A DNA stretch of 64,000 nt from a bacterium UBP2_UBA5202 (GTDB lineage: Bacteria > Edwardsbacteria > AC1 > EtOH8). Positions 27,664-36,743 of the stretch are shown here, piece after piece; the stretch's first letter is position 1; each line of letters begins with the position of its first letter. The notes under the pieces are model-generated. The model worked only from the letters and a program-made list of their open reading frames with translations, did no database searches and was not told where the DNA came from. Location: positions 27,577 to 91,576 of the forward strand of contig DHVS01000032.1 of assembly GCA_002412795.1 (NCBI GenBank), written 5' to 3'. A program made the translations under genes and the position numbers.

Positions 27664-29241
27664 TTATTCTCTGTTGCGGGGCCGGATGATGTTCAGCTCC
27701 TTTAATAGCCGGGAAAGATAGGATGGCTGAATGTCCAAAACCTTGGCAGTTTTTCTTTGATTCCAGTTGTTCGCCTCCAGCGCTTTTATCATATATTCCC
27801 GCTTGAACACATCCTGGGCGCCGTCCCAGGTCATGGTGGGCGGTATGCCATCCCTGGTGGAAGTATCGTCAATCAGCCGGGGCAGGTTCTGCAGGGTTAT
27901 GGTCTGGCCGGAGCTGAGCACCACCGCCCTCTCCACCGCATTCTGCAGCTCCCGGATGTTTCCCGGCCAGGAATAGTTCTGCATGGCCTGGGCGGCCTCC
28001 TCGGTAAATTCCCTCACCTGCTTTTTGGTCTCCCGGCCGAATTGTTCCAGAAAATGCCGGGCCAAAACCGGGATGTCCTCCGCCCTTTGGCGCAGCGGCG
28101 GCAGGAATATTTGAAAAACATTCAGCCGGTAATAAAGATCCTCCCGGAATAATCCGGATTTCACCAGTTGCAGCAGGTCCTTGTTGGTGGCGGCGATGAT
28201 CCTGACATCCACTTTTATCGTCTCGCTGCTGCCCAGCCGCTCAAATTCCCTCTCCTGCAAAACCCTCAGGATCTTGGCCTGAATGGCCTGGGGCAGGTCC
28301 CCTACTTCGTCCAGGAAGATGGTGCCTCCGGCCGCCATCTCAAACCGTCCCTTGCGCCGGCTGCCGGCCCCGGTAAAGGCGCCCTTCTCGTGTCCGAACA
28401 GCTCGGATTCCAGCAGTTCCACCGGGATGGCGGCGCTGTTGACGGCCACAAAGGCCTTTTCGGCCCGGGGGCTTTGGTAATGAATGAACCGTGCCAGCAG
28501 TTCCTTGCCGGTCCCGTTCTCCCCCTGCAGCAGCACCGTGGTGTTCCCGGAGGCCACCTTGCGGGCCAGGCCCAGCACCTCTTCCACCGCCTGGCTCTTG
28601 CCGGTGATGGTGTAGCGGCTGGCCAGCTCGTCACGCAGCTGGACGTTCTCGTCCTTCAAGCGGCTGTATTTGTCGGCGTTCTCCAGCACCTGGGCCGCCA
28701 GATCGGCGAATTTCAAAAGCAGTTCCTGGTCCTGCTGGTCGAACCGCTGGCCGTCCTTTTTGTTCAGCACCTCTATCACGCCGATGGTCTGGCCCCTTGA
28801 AAGCAGCGGCACGCAGAGCAGGGACTTGGTGATAAACTTGGTCTTTTCATCTATTCCCTTGTACCAGCGCTCGTCCTGCTCGGCCTGGTTCACGATCTGG
28901 GGCTTTTGCTCCCGGGCCACCCACCCGGCTATCCCCTGGCCCATGGGGATGGAAAGTTTTTTCAGCTCCTCCGAGACCTCCCCGGTGGCATGGGCAAAAT
29001 GCAGGTTCTGGGTGGCCTGGTCCAGCAATAATAGAGAACTGGCCTCGGCCACGGTCAGCGTTTTGGCCGACTCAATGATGATGTCCAGCAGCTGGCTTTG
29101 ATCCAGGGTGGAAGAAAGCGATTTGCTGAAGGAAAGAAGAAATTCCAGTTCCTGGCGGGATTTCTGGTCGCTCATATGGTTTATATATCCTTTTTGTAAT
29201 ATTTCTTGTTCAATGATAGCAGTGAAATATATGTTTGTCAA
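27664..29241 (-). CDS. Sigma54-dependent transcriptional activator (bEBP) with N-terminal GAF sensor and C-terminal Fis-type HTH
   Basis: AAA+ sigma54-interaction domain (Walker A GENGTGKE, GAFTGA motif, Walker B DEV..); HTH (QRKTAKVLDIQPSYLSRLLKEL). Confidence 0.85.
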   Translation of the reverse strand: MTNIYFTAIIEQEILQKGYINHMSDQKSRQELEFLLSFSKSLSSTLDQSQLLDIIIESAKTLTVAEASSLLLLDQATQNLHFAHATGEVSEELKKLSIPMGQGIAGWVAREQKPQIVNQAEQDERWYKGIDEKTKFITKSLLCVPLLSRGQTIGVIEVLNKKDGQRFDQQDQELLLKFADLAAQVLENADKYSRLKDENVQLRDELASRYTITGKSQAVEEVLGLARKVASGNTTVLLQGENGTGKELLARFIHYQSPRAEKAFVAVNSAAIPVELLESELFGHEKGAFTGAGSRRKGRFEMAAGGTIFLDEVGDLPQAIQAKILRVLQEREFERLGSSETIKVDVRIIAATNKDLLQLVKSGLFREDLYYRLNVFQIFLPPLRQRAEDIPVLARHFLEQFGRETKKQVREFTEEAAQAMQNYSWPGNIRELQNAVERAVVLSSGQTITLQNLPRLIDDTSTRDGIPPTMTWDGAQDVFKREYMIKALEANNWNQRKTAKVLDIQPSYLSRLLKELNIIRPRNRE

Positions 29242-29378
29242 GGGGGTTGGTATCTATAAAATTTACAGCCCGTATCCTTTCATAATTGTTTTTCCGGCTG
29301 AAGCTTTTTTGTTTGCAAAATCCATAATAAAAATGATATGATTATACAAATTAAAACCTGAAAGAACATATTACATCT

Positions 29379-31376
29379 ATGAGCAAGTTGACCATTCAGC
29401 AGTACAAAAAAGCCGCCGATACTTTGCGCATGCTGGCGGTGGACGCGGTGGAGCAGGCCAATTCCGGCCATCCCGGGCTTCCGATGGGCGCGGCGGACTT
29501 TGCCTTTGTGCTGTGGCACGATTTTTTGCGGTTCAACCCCAAAGACCCCAAGTGGCCGGGACGCGACCGTTTCATCCTGTCGGCCGGCCACGGCTCGGCC
29601 CTGCTGTACGGGCTGCTGCACCTGTTCGGCTACGATGTCTCCCTGGAAGAACTTAAAAAATTCCGCCAGTGGGGGAGTTTGACCCCGGGCCATCCCGAAG
29701 CCGGGCACACCCCCGGCGTGGAGGTGACCACCGGCCCGCTGGGACAGGGATTTGCCAACGGAGTGGGCATGGCTTTGGCCCAGAAGATGGCCTCCGCCCG
29801 GCTGGGACTTGACCGGCAGAAAATCCTGGACCATTACATTTACGCCCTGGTCTCGGACGGAGACCTGATGGAAGGCATTTCTTCCGAAGCGGCTTCGCTG
29901 GCCGGGCATCTGAAGCTGGGCAACATCATTTACATCTACGACGACAACCATATCACCATCGACGGCCGTACCGAGGACAGCTTTTCCGAGGAGGTGGGCG
30001 CCAGGTTCAAGGCCCTGGGCTGGCACATCCAGAGTATAGACGGCCACGACCATGTGGCCATCCACAAGGCAGTCAAGAAAGCCCAAAAGGTCTCGGACAA
30101 GCCCTCGCTGATCCTGGCCCGGACCCACATAGCCCAGGGCAGCCCCAACAAACATGATCTGTCCTCGGCCCACGGCTCGCCGCTGGGAAAGGACGAAGCG
30201 GCCGCCACCCGCAGAAATTTAGGGTGGCCCGAACAGACATTTTACATCCCCGAGGAAGTGAGATCTCTGTGCCAGAAGAAGACCTCCGGAAACAAACGGG
30301 GACACAACAAATGGCAGAAGGAACTGGCCGCCTGGAGACTGCAGAACCCGGAAAAGGCCGGCCTTTGGGACAAGCTGGAGAAAAAAGAGATCCCCGCAGA
30401 CATTTACGGCATTTTATCAGCCGCCATTAAAATCGAATCAGCCGCCACCCGCAGCCTTTCCGGAGAGATGATCCAGAAGATCGCCGGGATCATTCCTTCA
30501 CTGGCCGGCGGCTCGGCCGACCTGGCCGGCTCCACCAATTCCGAGATCAAGGGATCGGCCCACGTATCAGCGGAAGATTTCAGCGGCCGCAACATTCATT
30601 TCGGCATCCGGGAACACGCCATGGGAGCCATGATGAACGGCATGTCCCTTTACGGGTTTTTCATCCCCTTCGGCTCCACTTTTCTGGTGTTCTCGGATTA
30701 TTGCCGCCCGGCCATCCGGCTTTCGGCCCTGATGAAACTGCCCGTGGTTTACATTTTCACCCACGACTCCTTTTATGTGGGCGAGGACGGCCCCACCCAC
30801 CAGCCCATTGAACATGTTTCCGCATTGAGAATGATCCCCAATCTGCAGGTCATCCGGCCGGCCGATGCCATGGAGACAGCCGCCGCCTGGACCCTGGCCC
30901 TGCAGAAAACGGACGGTCCCACCGCTTTGATCCTGACCCGTCAGAAACTGCCGGCGCTGGAGTGTTCTGATAGTTTTAAGCCCGGCGATGTTCTCCGAGG
31001 CGCATATAATTTGCATGTTTACGGCCGGGGCCGCAAAATAACCCTGATGGCCAGCGGATCGGAGTCCGGCCTGGCGGTGGAAGCCGCCAAACTGCTGGCT
31101 TCTCAGGAAATGGAGATCTCGGTGGTCTCGGTGCCCTGCCTGGAGCTGTTCCTGGAACAGGGCGAAGAGTACCGGGAATCGGTGATACCCGGCGACTCGG
31201 TAAAAGTGGCCCTGGAGGCCGGCCGCGGGGCTTTGTGGCACCAGGTGATCGGCCAGGACGGCCTGTTCATCGGGATCGAACATTTCGGGGCCAGTGCCCC
31301 GGACAAGGTCTTGGCCAGGGAGTTCGGCTTTACTGCGGAGCTGGTGGCGGAGAAAATTAAAAAGCATTTATCCTGA
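29379..31376 (+). CDS. tkt: Transketolase
   Basis: TPP-binding N-terminal motif [26 protein letters not shown]; 665 aa full length. Confidence 0.9.
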   Translation: MSKLTIQQYKKAADTLRMLAVDAVEQANSGHPGLPMGAADFAFVLWHDFLRFNPKDPKWPGRDRFILSAGHGSALLYGLLHLFGYDVSLEELKKFRQWGSLTPGHPEAGHTPGVEVTTGPLGQGFANGVGMALAQKMASARLGLDRQKILDHYIYALVSDGDLMEGISSEAASLAGHLKLGNIIYIYDDNHITIDGRTEDSFSEEVGARFKALGWHIQSIDGHDHVAIHKAVKKAQKVSDKPSLILARTHIAQGSPNKHDLSSAHGSPLGKDEAAATRRNLGWPEQTFYIPEEVRSLCQKKTSGNKRGHNKWQKELAAWRLQNPEKAGLWDKLEKKEIPADIYGILSAAIKIESAATRSLSGEMIQKIAGIIPSLAGGSADLAGSTNSEIKGSAHVSAEDFSGRNIHFGIREHAMGAMMNGMSLYGFFIPFGSTFLVFSDYCRPAIRLSALMKLPVVYIFTHDSFYVGEDGPTHQPIEHVSALRMIPNLQVIRPADAMETAAAWTLALQKTDGPTALILTRQKLPALECSDSFKPGDVLRGAYNLHVYGRGRKITLMASGSESGLAVEAAKLLASQEMEISVVSVPCLELFLEQGEEYRESVIPGDSVKVALEAGRGALWHQVIGQDGLFIGIEHFGASAPDKVLAREFGFTAELVAEKIKKHLS

Positions 31377-31444
31377 TTTTGTCCTCAGGTTTGAAAATTG
31401 AGAATGTGTTATGTTCCAAACAAAAATTATTTTGGGAGGTTATC

Positions 31445-31972
31445 ATGAAAAGCCTGTTTCTTCTAATTTTCACCGTTGTGCCGGTTCTAGCTATGGCCCA
31501 GACAAAACCTCTTCAGACCGTCCCCAAGGTTGACCTGAACCGCTACCTGGGAACCTGGTACGAGATCGCCACCATCCCCCAGCGGTTCCAAAAGGGCTGC
31601 ACCGGCGTCACCGCCACTTATTCCCTGCGTAAGGACGGAAAGATAGACGTGCTCAACCAATGCTACAAGGATTCTCTGAACGGAAAGCACAAACAGGTCC
31701 ATGGCAAGGCCTGGGTGGTTGACAAAGAGACCTATGCCAAGCTTAAGGTCCAGTTCTTCTGGCCCTTCTCGGGTTCCTACTGGATAATAGAGTTGGATTC
31801 CGTTGAATACCAGTATGCCGTGGTAGGACATCCCAACCGCAATTACCTGTGGATTCTCTGCCGGACCCCGGAGATGGATGAAGGGCGGTATGGGGATCTG
31901 TTGAGACGGCTGCAGGAAGTCCACGGTTACGACCTCTCTTACCTTAAAAAGACTCCGCAAAAAACAGACTAA
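31445..31972 (+). CDS. blc: Bacterial lipocalin (Blc family), secreted (start moved to MKSLFLL.. with GGGAGG SD)
   Basis: Lipocalin signature YLGTWYEIA; signal peptide. Confidence 0.8.
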   Translation: MKSLFLLIFTVVPVLAMAQTKPLQTVPKVDLNRYLGTWYEIATIPQRFQKGCTGVTATYSLRKDGKIDVLNQCYKDSLNGKHKQVHGKAWVVDKETYAKLKVQFFWPFSGSYWIIELDSVEYQYAVVGHPNRNYLWILCRTPEMDEGRYGDLLRRLQEVHGYDLSYLKKTPQKTD

Positions 31973-32023
31973 ACCAGGAATAAAAAAATTGGCGGACCCT
32001 TTTGACTTTCATCCCGGTCCAAT

Positions 32024-32061
32024 GCTTCCCTGCAATATGCGGGGAAGCATTTTTATTTTTT
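32024..32061 (+). terminator. Rho-independent terminator after blc
   Basis: GCTTCCCTGCA-ATAT-GCGGGGAAGC followed by ATTTTTATTTTTT. Confidence 0.75.
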
Positions 32062-32080
32062 AAATTTATGCTTTTAGTTG

Positions 32081-32109
32081 TTGACATTGTCCTTGAAATA
32101 TGTTAATTT
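32081..32109 (+). promoter_or_regulatory. Sigma70-like promoter for the polysaccharide export cluster
   Basis: TTGACA at 32081-32086, 17-nt spacer, TG-n-TAATTT at 32101-32109. Confidence 0.4.
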
Positions 32110-32142
32110 TATTTGATTATAACCTGTTTGCCCTAAAAGGGT

Positions 32143-32682
32143 TTGCAACAATTCAACGCTACATTAAGGAGACTTTGGGCGGTGAGATTTTTTTCTGTTA
32201 AATTAAAGGCGGCAACACTGATAGCCTGTTGGCTTTTAGGCGGAGCCAGTCTGGCCTTTGCCCAGTCCGGCGGGTACCTGGAAAGATCGCAGGGCCAGGC
32301 CGGAACTACCGGCGATATTTACGAGCGCGAGGTATTGATCGAGGTCCAGATCTGGGGACAGGTCTCCCGGCCGGGCCGTTACCGGGTGGCGGTGACCACA
32401 GATGTGGTGGGACTTCTATCGTACGCCGGCGGCCCCACCGAGGATGCCGCCCTTTCCCGGGTAAAACTGGTACGGGGGGCTTTTGGACCAGGACAGACCC
32501 AAAAAGTTAACGTTTCCAAATATACCGGGAGGGCCGACAAATCCCTGATACCAATGCTGGAGCAGGGCGATGTGGTGATAGTGCCCTCCACCCTCTTCCA
32601 TAAAATGATGCGGGCGGCAGGCTTTTTAAGCCAGGCCGCGGTAATAGTCACTGCCTACCTGGTAGTGGCCGGAGTGAGGTAG
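32143..32682 (+). CDS. Polysaccharide export protein, Wza-like SLBB-domain (true start probably the GTG near 32179 after an AAGGAG SD)
   Basis: Signal peptide; SLBB-type pattern (EVLIEVQIWGQVSRPGRY.V...T.VVGLLSYAGGPTEDAA...VKLVRG...GDVVIVPS). Confidence 0.6.
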   Translation: MQQFNATLRRLWAVRFFSVKLKAATLIACWLLGGASLAFAQSGGYLERSQGQAGTTGDIYEREVLIEVQIWGQVSRPGRYRVAVTTDVVGLLSYAGGPTEDAALSRVKLVRGAFGPGQTQKVNVSKYTGRADKSLIPMLEQGDVVIVPSTLFHKMMRAAGFLSQAAVIVTAYLVVAGVR

Positions 32683-32688
32683 CCGAAG

Positions 32689-34941
32689 ATGAGAAACGAT
32701 TTAGCCCAGGGCAAGCTTAACCCCGCTGAGTCCTCCCAGCCGGGATTGCAGGACCTGCTGCGGATAATTCTGCGGCGGCGGTGGATAGTGCTGGGAGCAT
32801 TTCTGACGGTGCTTATTTCCTCTATCATCTTTTCTTTCCGCCAGCCCAATATTTACGAAGCCAGCATCAGCCTGCTGGTCCAGCGGGACAACAAGCCCAT
32901 TTTGGGGATGATGCTGGAAACCGAGCAGAGCCGGAACCTGATCAACAACCAGGTGGAGATCATCCGCAGCCGCAGCCTGGCCGCCGAGGCCGCCCAGCTT
33001 TTACTGGCCCGGCCCGATGCCAAAGAGATGGGCTTTGCCGACCTGAACCAGGTGGCGGAGTTCGTCATGTATTCCATCACCGTGCTTTCGGCCCGCACCA
33101 CCGACATTATAACCGTGATCGCCACCGGCAACGATCCGGCCCAGGCGGCGGCCATTGCCAACACCGTGGGCCAGGCGTACATTGCCCGGAACCTGAGTTA
33201 CAGCCGGGGGGAATTTACCGAGGTCCGGCGTTTTCTGGAGGTCCAGCTGCCGGTGATCGAGAAAAAGCTTTTTAGCGAGGAAAATCAGCTCCGCCAGTTC
33301 AAACAGGCCAACCAGGTAATATCGCTTTCCGACGAATCGAAAAGTTTGATCGACAAGCTGACCACCTTCGAAGCCCAGTTCAACCTGACCGGGGTGGAAC
33401 GGGAATCGGCCGAAAAACGGCTGGCTTATCTCCAGAACCAGCTGGATTTCCAGAAGAAGAACATGCTGGAGAATGTGTCCCAGGTCTCTTCGCCTTTGGC
33501 TTCCGGCCTGCGCCAGGATCTATTGACCCTCCAGACCCAGATGGCCACCATGACCTCCCAGGGTTTTCCGGCCGACCACGCCAAGATGAAAGAGTTGGCC
33601 AAGAAAATTGAAAATACCAAATCCCGGCTCAAGGAAGAGATCTCCAAGATAGTGGCCCAGGAGAGCGGCGGAATAGACCCCATTCTGTTGTCCGAAGAAC
33701 TGGTGGGCAAGATCCTGGATCTTCAGGTGGAGATCGAGACCTACAAGGCCAAGGAGCTGGCCCAGCAAAGGGTGATCAGCAACTACCTGGTGAAACTGAA
33801 GGCCATTCCGCCCAAGGAGGTGGAGCTGGCCCGGCTGACCCGCCAGTTTGAACTGGGCGACAACATCTACAAAATGCTGATGGAGAAATACGAAGAGGTC
33901 CGCATCTCCGAAGCCGGCAAGCTGGGCAATGTCAAGATCATCGACCTGGCCCAGGTTCCCAAGGAGCCGGTGGGCCCCCGTCGCAAACTCAACATCCTGT
34001 TCGGCGGCATGCTGGGCCTGGCCTTGGGAATAGGGCTGGTGCTGCTGATGGAATACATGGACACCTCGCTGAAGAACATTCACGACATCGAGCAGTTTTT
34101 AGCCCTGCCGGTGCTGGGGATGATCCCGGCCATAGACCAGGAGGATGTGGCCAGCCGGACCGATGGCGGAAAGACAGTTAACGGGGCCACCTCCATTGCC
34201 GAGCGCCTGATCAGCCACCACCTCCCCAAGTCCCCCATCTCCGAGGCCTATCGGATACTGCGCACCAACCTCCAGTTCCTTAACCCCGACGCCCCGCTGA
34301 AGACCATCCTGGTGACCTCCTCCGGGCCGTCGGAAGGAAAGACCACCACCGCCTCCAACCTGGCCATTACCATGGCCCAGGTGGGTTCCCGCACTTTGAT
34401 CGTTGACGCCGACTTGCGGCGTCCCATGGTCAACGGTGTTTTCGGCATTCCCCAGGAGCCGGGACTGACAGAACTGCTGGTCAAGGGCGGCGACCTGCAA
34501 AAGGCCATGGTCTCCACCGATATTGAAAACCTTTTCATCCTGCCGGCCGGAACGATCCCCCCCAACCCGTCCGAGCTGCTGAGCTCGCAGAAGATGAAAC
34601 ATTTGATCCAGGAGATGAAAAAATGCTGCGATCTGGTGATCCTGGACTGTCCGCCGGTGATCACCGTCACCGACGCCGCCGTGCTGGCGGCCGAAGCCGA
34701 TTGCGTGGTGCTGGTTGTACAATCGGGCAAGACCGACCGCGAAGCCGCCCGGCGGGCCAAGACGCTTCTGTTGAACGTCAAAGCCAGGATAGCCGGCACG
34801 GTGCTGAATAACATCAGTTCCGACATGCTGGCAGGCTACAGTTATTATTATCACTATTACTACGAGGACGGCCACCGCAAAAAAGGCCAAAAGGGCCGGA
34901 AAAAGAAAAGTCTTTTAAGCGGATATTACTCAAAAAAATAG
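32689..34941 (+). CDS. Polysaccharide co-polymerase / tyrosine autokinase (Wzc/GumC-like, BY-kinase)
   Basis: N-terminal chain-length-determinant region with TM helix; C-terminal Walker A SSGPSEGKTTTASNLA, DADLRRP, Walker B DLVILDCPP; tyrosine-rich tail YSYYYHYYYEDG. Confidence 0.8.
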   Translation: MRNDLAQGKLNPAESSQPGLQDLLRIILRRRWIVLGAFLTVLISSIIFSFRQPNIYEASISLLVQRDNKPILGMMLETEQSRNLINNQVEIIRSRSLAAEAAQLLLARPDAKEMGFADLNQVAEFVMYSITVLSARTTDIITVIATGNDPAQAAAIANTVGQAYIARNLSYSRGEFTEVRRFLEVQLPVIEKKLFSEENQLRQFKQANQVISLSDESKSLIDKLTTFEAQFNLTGVERESAEKRLAYLQNQLDFQKKNMLENVSQVSSPLASGLRQDLLTLQTQMATMTSQGFPADHAKMKELAKKIENTKSRLKEEISKIVAQESGGIDPILLSEELVGKILDLQVEIETYKAKELAQQRVISNYLVKLKAIPPKEVELARLTRQFELGDNIYKMLMEKYEEVRISEAGKLGNVKIIDLAQVPKEPVGPRRKLNILFGGMLGLALGIGLVLLMEYMDTSLKNIHDIEQFLALPVLGMIPAIDQEDVASRTDGGKTVNGATSIAERLISHHLPKSPISEAYRILRTNLQFLNPDAPLKTILVTSSGPSEGKTTTASNLAITMAQVGSRTLIVDADLRRPMVNGVFGIPQEPGLTELLVKGGDLQKAMVSTDIENLFILPAGTIPPNPSELLSSQKMKHLIQEMKKCCDLVILDCPPVITVTDAAVLAAEADCVVLVVQSGKTDREAARRAKTLLLNVKARIAGTVLNNISSDMLAGYSYYYHYYYEDGHRKKGQKGRKKKSLLSGYYSKK

Positions 34942-34953
34942 GAGGTTCCATTC

Positions 34954-36636
34954 ATGAAGAAAATTATTCTTTCTGCCGCTGTTTTCCTGGCCTCCAGCTT
35001 AGCCTGGGCCACCATGTATCCGCTGATAGGAGGCCCGGGGCTGGTTCACCTGCAATCGGCCAAGGCCGGGCCGGGGTTTGGATACCGCAGTCTGACCGCC
35101 GTATCCTCTTATTCCAATCAGACCTTTTACGGCCTGCAGGGAACGGATGACGCCTTCACCGACCTGTGGAGTCACAACTCCATCAGCTATTCACCGCTGC
35201 CCGGCCTGGCGGTGATAAGCCAAGGCCTGGCCCACGCCGAGCAGTGGAATATCAAAAATCCCATGCCAGACAGTTTTATTGCCGACAAAAGCCTGGGTTG
35301 TCCCGGCGATGCCCTGGTAGCAATAAAATACCAGTGGAGCCTGCAGGACGGCCGTTGGGACCTGGGGCTTATGCCCATGGTAACCATACCTATGAGCCGC
35401 GCCAAATATCAGGATTCTCCGTCGCAAAGCGGCAAGGTGGATTTCGGCGGAAAGGTGTTGTCGGATATCAATTTTTCCAATCTGGCGGTCTTGGTCAACG
35501 CCGGATTCCTGACCCGGGGGGATGAACGTCCCCAGCTCCCCCTGGGCGTGGGAATTGAATATAGCTTTAGCGATAAATTTTCGGCCTTTTTTGAATCGTC
35601 GGCTGAGCTTAGAATGGGAGCCCAAAAAGATTCCCGCCCCGACTCCCTGATTAATAGGGGGCGGGGAGCCGACCGAAACGAGGCCAGGATTACACCGGGC
35701 CTGCGCTTTGCCCCGGTTTCTTATCTGGGGCTGAACCTGGCCTGCGATATCGGGCTGAGCCGGGCCGCGGCCCCCTGGCAGGCGGTAATCGGCATTGATT
35801 TTCCCGCCACGGCGGGCAGGTCGCTGGTGGCTCCGTTGTGGGGAGCGGTGGCCGGCATCATCAAGGACAACTCTTCCGGGGCCGCCATCAAGGGGATAAT
35901 ATCCTTCCCCGGCCAGGATATCCCGGCGGTGATCAGCGACGCCAAAGGAGCCTATAGACTTAAACTCAAACCCGGCCGCTATAAGATCCAGGTCAAAGCT
36001 GACGGATACCGAACCATTTCCAGGGAGATGGAAGTGAAGGCCGGACAGGACGCCGGTTGGGCGCTGGACCTTAACAAAAAACTGGGGCAGCTGACCCTGA
36101 AAGTTACCGATGCCGACGGAAAAACCCCGCTTAGGGCCTCGCTAATCTTTGGCGCCAGCGGCACGCAGCCCTACAGTACCGATCCTGTCTCGGGACAGTA
36201 TCAGGCTCAGCTGGTTCCCGGAAATTATACCCTGACGGTGGGCGCTCCCGGCTATATCTCCCAAAATGTAGCCATAGCCATCAAGGACAAGGAGGACCTG
36301 CAGCAGATGGTTGCCCTGCAGCCCTTGGTTCAGGCGGCTGTACCACCCAAGCCGGTAACGCCTTCCGCGGCCTCCGCCCAAGTCAAACCGAAGCCTGTCG
36401 CAACAAAACCACCGGTGGCGGCTACGCCGGCCAAACCGGCAACCCCGACCGCCCCCAAAATGTCGGCCGAGGAAGTGACCGCGCTTTACAAGAAGGGCGT
36501 CCAGCAGTTTATGAACGAGGAATATGCCCCGGCGGAAAAAACATTCAAACAGGTGCTGGCAGCCGATCCCGGACACGCCAAGGCCAAGGACTATCTGGGC
36601 AAGACCCGGGACAGGCTGAAAAAGTCAAAGGGATAG
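34954..36636 (+). CDS. Secreted protein, paralog A: porin-like N-terminal half, two CarboxypepD_reg-like Ig domains, Pro-rich linker, conserved TPR-like C-terminal tail
   Basis: Signal peptide; aligns along its length with the ORF at 36744-38471; C-terminal 57 aa nearly identical between the two. Confidence 0.4.
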   Translation: MKKIILSAAVFLASSLAWATMYPLIGGPGLVHLQSAKAGPGFGYRSLTAVSSYSNQTFYGLQGTDDAFTDLWSHNSISYSPLPGLAVISQGLAHAEQWNIKNPMPDSFIADKSLGCPGDALVAIKYQWSLQDGRWDLGLMPMVTIPMSRAKYQDSPSQSGKVDFGGKVLSDINFSNLAVLVNAGFLTRGDERPQLPLGVGIEYSFSDKFSAFFESSAELRMGAQKDSRPDSLINRGRGADRNEARITPGLRFAPVSYLGLNLACDIGLSRAAAPWQAVIGIDFPATAGRSLVAPLWGAVAGIIKDNSSGAAIKGIISFPGQDIPAVISDAKGAYRLKLKPGRYKIQVKADGYRTISREMEVKAGQDAGWALDLNKKLGQLTLKVTDADGKTPLRASLIFGASGTQPYSTDPVSGQYQAQLVPGNYTLTVGAPGYISQNVAIAIKDKEDLQQMVALQPLVQAAVPPKPVTPSAASAQVKPKPVATKPPVAATPAKPATPTAPKMSAEEVTALYKKGVQQFMNEEYAPAEKTFKQVLAADPGHAKAKDYLGKTRDRLKKSKG

Positions 36637-36743
36637 ATCCACTTCCAAATAAACCATGGTCAATGGTTCCCGGGCCTGCCTATTGGTGCAGTTCCGGATT
36701 CCGGATTTATAGTTAAGGTCCCTCAAACTTTAAGGGTTAAAAA

